A stretch of 64,000 bases of DNA. It comes from Candidatus Poribacteria bacterium (GTDB lineage Bacteria; Poribacteria; WGA-4E; UBA9662). The position numbers and the translations under genes are program-made. The DNA lies in contig JAYZAL010000019.1 in the NCBI GenBank assembly GCA_036339735.1, forward strand, positions 32,001-96,000, given 5' to 3'. Below the pieces are notes generated by a model that was given only the letters and a program-made list of their open reading frames with translations, did no database searches and was not told where the DNA came from. Positions 11,200-19,728 of the stretch are shown here, one piece after another. Position 1 is the stretch's first letter. Each line of letters begins with the position of its first letter.

Positions 11200-12363
11200 A
11201 TGGTTTTTGCAACACGAATGGATCAGTTGGGAACAGAATCAGCTTTTGAAGTTCTCGCAAGAGCTAAAGCATTAGAAGCTGAAGGACGAGATGTTGTTCA
11301 TTTAGAGATAGGGCAACCCGATTTTTCCACACCTGATAATATCTGCCGGGCTGCCTATGAAGCCATGAAACAGGGACATACTGGATATGCTCCTTCTGCT
11401 GGCTTAGACGAACTAAGAAATACTGTCGCTGATCATATAACCCAAACACGTGGCGTTCTAGTTAATGCATCAGAAGTTACCATAACGCCTGGCGCAAAAC
11501 CCATTATTCTCTTTACGATGCTAGCGTGTGTCAATGCTGGTGATGAGGTAATATACCCAGATCCTGGTTTCCCCATTTACCGCTCTCTTGTTGATTTTTT
11601 GTCTGCAGTACCCCGGCCTTTACCACTAAGAGAGTCAGTTGACTTTCGATTCCGAATCGAAGACTTAGTAGACCTAGCATCTGATCGTACGAAACTCCTG
11701 ATTATTAACTCTCCACAAAATCCCACCGGCGGTGTTCTAACAAGGGAAGACTTAGAAATTATTGCTGAGCTAGCCAACCGTCACGATTTTTATGTTCTGA
11801 GCGATGAAATCTATGCAAACTTGGTTTATGAAGGGCAACACGAAAGTATACTATCAGTGCCTGGTATGAAGGAGCGAACCATTTTACTAGATGGCCACTC
11901 CAAAACTTATGCTATGACTGGCTGGCGATTGGGCTATAGCGTGTCAACTTCAGAAATGTCGGAGAAAATAACTCGACTAATGATTAACTCCAATTCTTGT
12001 ACAGCAACCTTCACACAAATAGCAGGTGTAGAAGCACTGAAGAACTCTTCTGATTTTGTAGATCTGATGTTTGGCGAATTCCAGCGTCGTCGTGAAGTAA
12101 TTGTTGATGGCCTTAATTCTATTGAAGGCATTAGCTGTATCCGACCACAGGGTGCTTTTTATGCATTTCCTAATGTTAAAAACTTACCTTTACCTTGTAG
12201 TGAACTTTCTAATTACCTTCTCAATGATGCTGGCGTGGCTGTTTTATCGGGCGATTCTTTTGGAGAGATGGGAGATGGATACTTGAGAGTATCCTATGCT
12301 AACTCAATAGAAAATATTCAAATTGCCTTAGATCGAATACAGGAATCTTTAGCAAAGTTGTAG
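11200..12363 (+). CDS. PLP-dependent class I/II aminotransferase (aspartate aminotransferase-like)
   Basis: IGQPDF, NSPQNPTG, SDEIY, SKTYAMTGWRLG. Confidence 0.92.
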   Translation: MVFATRMDQLGTESAFEVLARAKALEAEGRDVVHLEIGQPDFSTPDNICRAAYEAMKQGHTGYAPSAGLDELRNTVADHITQTRGVLVNASEVTITPGAKPIILFTMLACVNAGDEVIYPDPGFPIYRSLVDFLSAVPRPLPLRESVDFRFRIEDLVDLASDRTKLLIINSPQNPTGGVLTREDLEIIAELANRHDFYVLSDEIYANLVYEGQHESILSVPGMKERTILLDGHSKTYAMTGWRLGYSVSTSEMSEKITRLMINSNSCTATFTQIAGVEALKNSSDFVDLMFGEFQRRREVIVDGLNSIEGISCIRPQGAFYAFPNVKNLPLPCSELSNYLLNDAGVAVLSGDSFGEMGDGYLRVSYANSIENIQIALDRIQESLAKL

Positions 12364-12364
12364 T

Positions 12365-13339
12365 ATGGCAGAAATCTACCTGTCGGCCACAGCGAAAATT
12401 CCGGCCAGTACAACTAATCTGGGTCCTGGTTTCGATGTATTAGGGATTGGTTTATCACTATATAGTCAGGTTATCTTGGAAGAGAAAGCTAGTGAGACTA
12501 AAATCATCTGTCTAGGTAAAGATTCAGAAAAAATTCCTATAACTCCAGATAACATTGCGTATCAGGCTGTGATGAAAATTTTCGATCATTTCGACTATCA
12601 TCCGCCAGGTATTCAACTCACTATTAATAATGGAATCCCTGCAATTCGAGGCTTAGGTGGAAGTGGTACAGCCATTCTTGGTGGTTTACTAACGGCAAAC
12701 TTGATTTGTCATAAAAGACTTGGAACTGAATCACTGAGTAATTCAGAAATTTTGTCTTTTGCCACTGAGTTTGAGGGGCATCCCGATAACGTGGCTGCGT
12801 CTTTATTTGGTGGAGTCGTCGTTTCTGCAATGGAACATTCAAATAAAGATCGTCTTCCATCAATCAAGAGTATCAAGTTACTGCCCCCATCCGATTTACG
12901 TCTAATAATAGCTATTCCTGACTTCACACTCCCAACCCAAAAAGCTCGTAACATACTACCGAATTCGGTTAACTTCTCGGATGCGGTTTTCAATATTGGT
13001 CGATCATCTCTACTAGTAGCAGCATTAGCGACTGGTAACTTAGATCTACTAGCAACAGCTATGCAAGATCAGTTGCATCAGCCATACCGTGCAAAGCTTA
13101 TTCCTGGTTTTAACGAAGTTATTGAGGCAGCTATGTCCGCAGGAGCTTTAAGTGTTTCTTTGAGTGGTGCAGGACCGACAATGATCGCATATGCACGTTC
13201 TTCATCAAATACTAACGAAATCTCTGAAAAGATGGCATATGCATTTAAAAATAACGGTCTAAGCAGCCAAACACAAATACTTTGTGTGGATACGAATGGT
13301 GCAGAGGTAGGTTCACCTTCTATAAAATCCAGTCGTTGA
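12365..13339 (+). CDS. thrB: Homoserine kinase
   Basis: PASTTNLGPGFDVLG, GLGGSG, EGHPDNVAA, LHQPYR, SGAGPT. Confidence 0.95.
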   Translation: MAEIYLSATAKIPASTTNLGPGFDVLGIGLSLYSQVILEEKASETKIICLGKDSEKIPITPDNIAYQAVMKIFDHFDYHPPGIQLTINNGIPAIRGLGGSGTAILGGLLTANLICHKRLGTESLSNSEILSFATEFEGHPDNVAASLFGGVVVSAMEHSNKDRLPSIKSIKLLPPSDLRLIIAIPDFTLPTQKARNILPNSVNFSDAVFNIGRSSLLVAALATGNLDLLATAMQDQLHQPYRAKLIPGFNEVIEAAMSAGALSVSLSGAGPTMIAYARSSSNTNEISEKMAYAFKNNGLSSQTQILCVDTNGAEVGSPSIKSSR

Positions 13340-13401
13340 TTTCTGTACAAACAAGTAACAAATCCACTCATCTTCTAAGCTTTTGCTATATTTAATTTAA
13401 A

Positions 13402-16218
13402 TTGCGATCTGATATGATAGACTGGTCTACAAAGACAATCCCTAATCTCCTACATGATTTAGATACAGACATAGACAGGGGGCTGTCTGCCGACGAAGCG
13501 GCGAAAAGACTTATACAAAATGGCAAAAATAGCCCAGTTGGTAAATCCTTTATTGGTGAAAGTTTTTTTAGTTGGTGTGTGAATCAACTCCCACTTTTAT
13601 TACTTTACTCAGGGGCACTTTTCCTTCTTATTATTCCTCATTTTTTGGCAAAATCAGAACAATTATCTTTAGAAGTCATCTCGAGTACTATTTTTATTAG
13701 TATTGTCTTTTTTGTAAAAATCTCACTTCGAATTTATCAAAGACAAAAAATAATATCAAATAGACAAAAAATATGGTCAGCCTCCGAAGTTCAGGTGCCT
13801 GTGATGCGAGATGGAACAATTGTTTGGTTACTACCCCATCTGGTCGTTCAAGGTGATTTACTATTGCTATTTCCCGGTGGATATGTCGCAGCAGACGCGC
13901 GAATTGTTGAAACTGAAGAAATGGTCTCAGATGAAAGTCCGATTTTTCGTCGATCGGTATTTAGCACTAAAACAGCTGATGTTTTAGAACAGAGTAAACC
14001 TTTGACGGAACAAAGAAACATTTTATTCGGTGGAACTTATGTGATCGATGGACAAGGACGAGCCATAGTAGTAGAAACTGGTAAGAACCTGCAAATCAAT
14101 CAAAGACATCAGCAATCTAACTTGGAAAACGATGAATTAGAATCAGATGCTGAAAATACTGGCAATTTCTTGACAAACAGCTTCACTATAATAGGCGTAC
14201 TGATCTCATTGTTCTTTTTTGCCCTTTACTATTTTGCTCAACCATTTAGTTTTTGGTCTAGCCAAAGTCTATCGGAAATATTGATCAAATTGGCCCCAGT
14301 TTATAGCATTCTGTTAGTAGTAGTTCCGTTTGATCTTAAGCATTTGATTAATACAGGTTTAAACGAATCTGCTTACCGAATTTTTAAACATGGGGCTTCA
14401 ATCCGAAAGTTGATTGATGTTGAACGACTGAGCAATTTGACAAGTCTTTGTATACAGCAAGCTACCAACTTTACTATGAATACCTTTTCAGTTTCTCATA
14501 TCATAGTTGAGGGCCAATATATCGGCAAGTCAATTTGGAAACAGTTGAATTTAACAGAACAAGAAATTACCAATTTAGAAGAAATAGAAAATGAGACAGT
14601 TATTAAACCAATGAATGAAGAAATACCTTCAACATTTCCTTGGTTATTATGGGGGGCTAGCCAGTGTATTAAACACACTACTCACCCAATTTTATCTCAA
14701 GATGGGACTGTTTTCCCAGAGATTGATGACTCCTTGACTTTACTACTAGAAGACTCTATTCGAACAAATGAAATTGACCTGACGGAGTATGAGAACACCT
14801 ACGAGCGCGTGGCACAAATTCCACAAACTGAAGACCATCCCTACACTTCATTACTATTCATGGCTAATACAACAGATAACGCACCTGCGGGGCAATTTTT
14901 ACAACTCTCGTTCGGACCAATAGATGAAATTCTACATGCGAGCTGGGATATTCAGTTAAATCAAGGGATAAACCAGTTGACGGCTGACCAAAAGTTATAT
15001 TTGTCGCAGCTATCCCGACAATTTTCCGTTGAAGAGAATGGACTTCCAAAACCATCTTACACCCTAGGTTTTGGCTTCAGAAGCTTCGCAAACCGGCCCA
15101 CACAAGAAGACATGTGGTCGGACTTGACATTCTTGGGAGCAATTGCTTTTCGCCAACCTAATTATATGGGTATTGAATCATCAATTAGCGAATGTTTATC
15201 ATCAGGCATGAAAGTTATTATGATGTCAGACCAACCACCAGACCAAGCATCTGATGTTGCACATGAATTAGGTCTAATCCATGATTCGAACGCTGTCACA
15301 AGCGGCGAAGATTTGACAGCCATGGACGAAACCCAATACGATTCCATGGTTGAATTGTTATTAGTCTATTCCCAAACTTCAGCTGAGCAACGAAGGAACA
15401 TTGTTCAGCATTTAAGAAGGCGAGGACATAATATCGGTTTTTGGGGGCAAAGCAACGAAGATTTGAGGACAATGAGAACCGCTAATATTAGCTTCGTTAG
15501 CGCAAACAATGTACCACATTTACTACAACGCAATTCAGGTGTGGTCGTTAATCAATTAGGCTTCGATGTCATAGTGAAAACTTTGCTAAAGGCTAGACAA
15601 GCATATGCGAACCTCAGGAATTGGGTACGTTGGTACCTATCTTGCGTTGTAGCTCAGTCTTTGACACTTGTGGCAGGATTAAGTATACATATCTTTGATC
15701 CTAACCGTTTCCCTTTGGTATTAGACCTTCCCCATTTATTCTGGATCAACCTATTAGTTATTGCTTTTCCATGCTTAGCGATTATTTACAAAAAAGATCA
15801 TGGTAGCTTGATAAAAGACAAACCTGAAAAAACACCACCATTTCTGGTTAAGAATGTATATTCTGACTTTGTTATGCGGGGCATAATTATTTCACTGATA
15901 TCATTAGTCAGTTACGCATTCTCTGTCAATAGTAAGGGTGATTCAATTCAAACGGTTACTTGTACTACGTTGATTTTCAGTCAGTTATTCTCTGTGTTCC
16001 AGTGTTTTCGGCACAAAGATGACAGATTGATCGAAGTTCTTCAGTCAAATATCTGGGTGCTGATGACTATATTGTTTAGTGTCATCCTACACATAACTAT
16101 TATCAGCTTTCCATATCTACAAACGGCTATTGGCTTTACCAATATAACACACGAATGGCAGTGGATTATTCCCTTATCCATCTTGATGTTTCTACCTTTA
16201 AATCTTACGTCGCGATAG
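13402..16218 (+). CDS. P-type ATPase (type II-like) homologue with degenerate catalytic motifs, putative pseudo-ATPase
   Basis: GLSADEAAKRL..GKN, VMRDG, LVVQGD, ADARIVE, AIVVETGKN and the TM layout are retained; DKTGT, TGES and GDGxND are replaced. Confidence 0.75.
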   Translation: MRSDMIDWSTKTIPNLLHDLDTDIDRGLSADEAAKRLIQNGKNSPVGKSFIGESFFSWCVNQLPLLLLYSGALFLLIIPHFLAKSEQLSLEVISSTIFISIVFFVKISLRIYQRQKIISNRQKIWSASEVQVPVMRDGTIVWLLPHLVVQGDLLLLFPGGYVAADARIVETEEMVSDESPIFRRSVFSTKTADVLEQSKPLTEQRNILFGGTYVIDGQGRAIVVETGKNLQINQRHQQSNLENDELESDAENTGNFLTNSFTIIGVLISLFFFALYYFAQPFSFWSSQSLSEILIKLAPVYSILLVVVPFDLKHLINTGLNESAYRIFKHGASIRKLIDVERLSNLTSLCIQQATNFTMNTFSVSHIIVEGQYIGKSIWKQLNLTEQEITNLEEIENETVIKPMNEEIPSTFPWLLWGASQCIKHTTHPILSQDGTVFPEIDDSLTLLLEDSIRTNEIDLTEYENTYERVAQIPQTEDHPYTSLLFMANTTDNAPAGQFLQLSFGPIDEILHASWDIQLNQGINQLTADQKLYLSQLSRQFSVEENGLPKPSYTLGFGFRSFANRPTQEDMWSDLTFLGAIAFRQPNYMGIESSISECLSSGMKVIMMSDQPPDQASDVAHELGLIHDSNAVTSGEDLTAMDETQYDSMVELLLVYSQTSAEQRRNIVQHLRRRGHNIGFWGQSNEDLRTMRTANISFVSANNVPHLLQRNSGVVVNQLGFDVIVKTLLKARQAYANLRNWVRWYLSCVVAQSLTLVAGLSIHIFDPNRFPLVLDLPHLFWINLLVIAFPCLAIIYKKDHGSLIKDKPEKTPPFLVKNVYSDFVMRGIIISLISLVSYAFSVNSKGDSIQTVTCTTLIFSQLFSVFQCFRHKDDRLIEVLQSNIWVLMTILFSVILHITIISFPYLQTAIGFTNITHEWQWIIPLSILMFLPLNLTSR

Positions 16219-16413
16219 CTGTCAATCTTATTCCAATAGAATCCAATAGGACTGATTAGAGACTAAATTAGATCTTGTTAGTCTAAATAAACATACGCGT
16301 ATTTTGATTTGTTTTTACACACTTCAATATTTCTTGGTTAATTTATTTAGTTATAATGCCGGAAAGCATCAAAACTTTATTTCTCATATTTCATAAGCAT
16401 CAAGGAGAAAGTT

Positions 16414-17172
16414 TTGACAATAACACCAACTACATTTAACATCCACCAACACTCTGAACTCCGGTCAAAAATTACATCTGAGCAGTCATTAGGAATGGTT
16501 AAAATCCCCTCTGGCCACTTCGATATGGGGAGTCTAGAAAAAGATAATGAAGAACCAATTCACAAAGTTGAAATTAGTTCTTTTTTAATAGATATAAGAC
16601 CTGTTACTGTAGGTGAATTTCGCAAGTTTGTTGAAGCTACTCAGCGTAAACCACCTAGCTGGGACCATATTCTGATAGATTCTCCAACGGACGACCATCC
16701 TATCATTTATATAAGCTGGCGGGATGCCATGTCCTATGCAGAATGGGTGGGTAAACGTTTACCCACTGAAGCCGAATGGGAATATGCCGCTGGTGGTGGA
16801 ATCAGTCAGTTAGATTTTAATTCGTTGGACAATATCAATTTCTATGGTCAAAAACGGATGACCAATGTCGCTGGTGAGTATCCACCCAACGGCTATGGTT
16901 TATATGACATGCGAGGGAATGTATGGGAATGGTGCCTAGACGCTTATATCAAGAACGCATATAATGATTGCAAGCGTCTAAACCCAATTATCTTGCCAAA
17001 AAGTGAGTTGGATAGAAAAGAATTAATGTTTACTAGCCTGTCAAGAGTGATCAGAGGTGGAAGTTGGAATAACTACGCGTTAGCAACTAGAATATCTTTT
17101 CGTGCTCATCAATCTCCACAACAATTCTATGATTACAACGGATTTCGCTGTGTCATGGATACTGACAGCTAA
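16414..17172 (+). CDS. FGE-sulfatase (SUMF1) domain protein lacking the FGE catalytic cysteines
   Basis: FDMGS, RLPTEAEWEYAA, NGYGLYDMRGNVWEW, RGGSW, GFRC. Confidence 0.88.
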   Translation: MTITPTTFNIHQHSELRSKITSEQSLGMVKIPSGHFDMGSLEKDNEEPIHKVEISSFLIDIRPVTVGEFRKFVEATQRKPPSWDHILIDSPTDDHPIIYISWRDAMSYAEWVGKRLPTEAEWEYAAGGGISQLDFNSLDNINFYGQKRMTNVAGEYPPNGYGLYDMRGNVWEWCLDAYIKNAYNDCKRLNPIILPKSELDRKELMFTSLSRVIRGGSWNNYALATRISFRAHQSPQQFYDYNGFRCVMDTDS

Positions 17173-17182
17173 GGAAAAAACG

Positions 17183-17917
17183 ATGCTAACAAATAAGCAA
17201 ATTGCTTCTTTTAAAGATGATGGTTTTTTAATTTTGGAAAATGCCATTGATCAGGATCTTCTCTCTAGTTGGCAAACAGAATTTTGGTATACTCTGGGTG
17301 GTAAATTTGAAGATGATGAAACTTGGCCTATAGACCAAACTTTCATCAGTAGATGGAGATTTACACCACCTTATCCAAATATAGCTACAATACCAGCTGT
17401 TCAAGCGGCAGCTTATGATTTGGGTGGTGAGAATTTCTTTGGTGGCGGTGGTGCCCCCATAATTAAATGGCCTTCTCAAAAGGCTAATTGGTCTATGCCT
17501 ATGAGTAGCCATATTGATGGCTATGGAGGACCAGCACAACATCCTGCTGGCGGATTAACCTTAGGCGCAACCATGTATCTCCATGACGTTGAAGAGAAAG
17601 GTGGTGGATTTATCTACTGGCCGGGTACTCACTTGAATGTACATGATTACTTTCGTGAGCGCCCAGAACATATTGATGGTAGTTTTCTAGATGCTGATGA
17701 TTGGAACCACACTAAATTTTCTCATGGATCCAAACCAGTTGAGTTTGTAGCAGCAGCAGGAACAGTATTACTTTGGCATGGATTTTTATCCCATAATGGT
17801 TCAACTAATGTTCAAAATACTCCTCGGATTGGAATTTTTGGTCGGTGGCATTACACCAAATTGCAAGAGATGCGGTACGACATATTAGATGATTTGTGGA
17901 AACACTGGTCGATCTAG
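17183..17917 (+). CDS. Phytanoyl-CoA dioxygenase (PhyH) family Fe/2OG dioxygenase
   Basis: Start after AAGGA RBS: MLTNKQIASFKDDGFL; HID...PGTH...HNGS. Confidence 0.85.
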   Translation: MLTNKQIASFKDDGFLILENAIDQDLLSSWQTEFWYTLGGKFEDDETWPIDQTFISRWRFTPPYPNIATIPAVQAAAYDLGGENFFGGGGAPIIKWPSQKANWSMPMSSHIDGYGGPAQHPAGGLTLGATMYLHDVEEKGGGFIYWPGTHLNVHDYFRERPEHIDGSFLDADDWNHTKFSHGSKPVEFVAAAGTVLLWHGFLSHNGSTNVQNTPRIGIFGRWHYTKLQEMRYDILDDLWKHWSI

Positions 17918-17943
17918 CTGATGGTCTGTTTGAGTTTTGTTTG

Positions 17944-17972
17944 TTGACAAGATTTTAACATTGAAATATAAT
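17944..17972 (+). promoter_or_regulatory. Consensus sigma70 promoter for the LamG gene
   Basis: TTGACA-17 nt-TATAAT, perfect consensus, upstream of AGGAG RBS and ATG 18011. Confidence 0.8.
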
Positions 17973-18010
17973 ACCACCCCTAAATTTATTATTTAAAATC
18001 AGGAGATTGC

Positions 18011-18814
18011 ATGAAAACATTCAGGTTTATTATTGTTGCTCTAGCTGTTTTGTTCGTGATCGCACCACTGCTTCACCTCGCACAAGCTAAATCAACAGGG
18101 GGTCCTGAACCTTCTCTGATACTCTATTTACCTTTCGATGAAGGCGAAGGAAATATTGCTGGAGATTCCTCAAGGTATGGTAATCATGGTAACCTACAAG
18201 GAATGAAACCAAATTTGCCTAATTGGGTCGATGGTAAATTCGGTAAAGCCCTCGAATTCAACGGTCAAAATAATTGGGTTGAAGTTCCACATAAAGATAT
18301 TCTATCTGTTGACAAGGCCGTCACAGTTATGGCTTGGATTAAGGCAAAACGCCATACAGGCGGATCAACCAAAGCTCAATGGGCCGGTGTTGTTACCAAA
18401 GGTAATAATCCAAGATCCTACAGTTTATATACTACAACAGATGGTGGTGGTGCCTTACACTTTAGCTCGATGGGCGGTTCTACCAGTGCATTGACAGTTG
18501 AGTTGAATAAATGGCAACACGTGGTCGCACAACACACTGGCAAATCACACATCTACTACGTAAATGGTGAGCTAGCAGGTGAATTTGATGGTAAAGCAGC
18601 ACTACCTGGTCTAAAAGACGATGCTAGTGTGATGATTGCTCGAAGCCACGAAGGTTCACGTGAATTTGAAGGCATCATTGATGAAGTCAAGATTTGGAAT
18701 CGTGTTTTAAGCGAAAAAGAAGTCAATCACCATATGAGCGTGGGTAAAGGTCAAGTCTCAGTTGAGCCGGAAGGTAAATTAGCAACAACTTGGAGCCAAC
18801 TAAAACGCCTATAA
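18011..18814 (+). CDS. Secreted LamG/ConA-like jellyroll protein with conserved C-terminal tail
   Basis: Signal peptide; LYLPFDEG, GKFGKALEF, TVMAWI, WQHV, GIIDEVKIWNR; ends VEPEGKLATTWSQLK. Confidence 0.88.
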   Translation: MKTFRFIIVALAVLFVIAPLLHLAQAKSTGGPEPSLILYLPFDEGEGNIAGDSSRYGNHGNLQGMKPNLPNWVDGKFGKALEFNGQNNWVEVPHKDILSVDKAVTVMAWIKAKRHTGGSTKAQWAGVVTKGNNPRSYSLYTTTDGGGALHFSSMGGSTSALTVELNKWQHVVAQHTGKSHIYYVNGELAGEFDGKAALPGLKDDASVMIARSHEGSREFEGIIDEVKIWNRVLSEKEVNHHMSVGKGQVSVEPEGKLATTWSQLKRL

Positions 18815-18828
18815 ACTAAAACCTACTC

Positions 18829-18859
18829 AAAACGCGGCTCATCTGAGTCGCGTTTTTTT
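18829..18859 (+). terminator. Intrinsic terminator between the two LamG genes
   Basis: AAAACGCGGCTC-atct-GAGTCGCGTTTT followed by a T run. Confidence 0.75.
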
Positions 18860-18870
18860 ATGGGAGGAAA

Positions 18871-19650
18871 ATGAAAAGTAAAATCTTTATCTTATTTTTG
18901 TTGGTAATGATCGTTTTTGTATCTAATTTTGCTCTAGCTGCTGAGTTAGAGAAAAATTTAGTCCTCTATTTGTCCTTCGATGAACTAGATGGGAAAAAAG
19001 TTGAAGACCATTCGATTCATGGTAATCATGGCGAAATTGCTGGCAAGCCCACATTAGTTGACGGAAAATTTGGTAAAGCCCTAAAATTAAATGGTAAAAC
19101 GGACTGGGTCACGGTCGCACATGATAATAGCTTATGCGTCAGTAAAGCCGTTACAGTCATGGCTTGGATCAATGCTGAATCACATAAAGGGGCAGGAACA
19201 GCCCAATGGGCTGGCATTTTAGCCAAAAGCAATAACCCGCGTTCCTACAGTTTCTACACTACAACCGATGGCGGTGGAGCCTTACACTTTAGTTCCATGG
19301 GTGGATCTGTGTCCAATAAACCTGTAGAGCTAAAAAAGTGGCAACACGTAGTTGCACAAATGACTGAAAAGAAGGCTCATCGATACTATATAAACGGTGA
19401 ATTAGCCGGTGAATTTGCTGGTAAAGGGGCTTTACCGGGCAAGGTCGATAATGCTGATGTTTTTGTCGGAAAAACACATGAGGGTAATCGACAATTCGTT
19501 GGCACCATCGACGAGGTAAGAATTTGGAATCGTGAACTCAGCGCAAAGGAAGTCAAAGAACAAATGGAGTCGGGTCGACTGAAATTGTTGGGGGTGGATC
19601 CTCAACAGAAATTAACTTCGACATGGGGATTATTGAAGAAGGAAAAATAA
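18871..19650 (+). CDS. Secreted LamG-like protein, tandem paralogue
   Basis: Shares YTTTDGGGALHFSSMGGS with 18011; ends VDPQQKLTSTWGLLK. Confidence 0.88.
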   Translation: MKSKIFILFLLVMIVFVSNFALAAELEKNLVLYLSFDELDGKKVEDHSIHGNHGEIAGKPTLVDGKFGKALKLNGKTDWVTVAHDNSLCVSKAVTVMAWINAESHKGAGTAQWAGILAKSNNPRSYSFYTTTDGGGALHFSSMGGSVSNKPVELKKWQHVVAQMTEKKAHRYYINGELAGEFAGKGALPGKVDNADVFVGKTHEGNRQFVGTIDEVRIWNRELSAKEVKEQMESGRLKLLGVDPQQKLTSTWGLLKKEK

Positions 19651-19676
19651 CAGAAAAAGTTTCTCGCTTCGAAAGC

Positions 19677-19712
19677 AAAAAGGCCGTCTATATCTAGAAT
19701 AGGTGGCCTTTT
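19677..19712. terminator. Bidirectional terminator
   Basis: AAAAGGCCGTCTAT...ATAGGTGGCCTTTT between convergent genes. Confidence 0.7.
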
Positions 19713-19728
19713 CAATATGCACACACGA

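Noticed and set aside
16414-17172. True formylglycine-generating enzyme for the sulfatase at 34266
   Set aside because: Lacks the catalytic Cys pair after RGGS (reads RGGSWNNYALATR), so it is only an FGE-fold protein.
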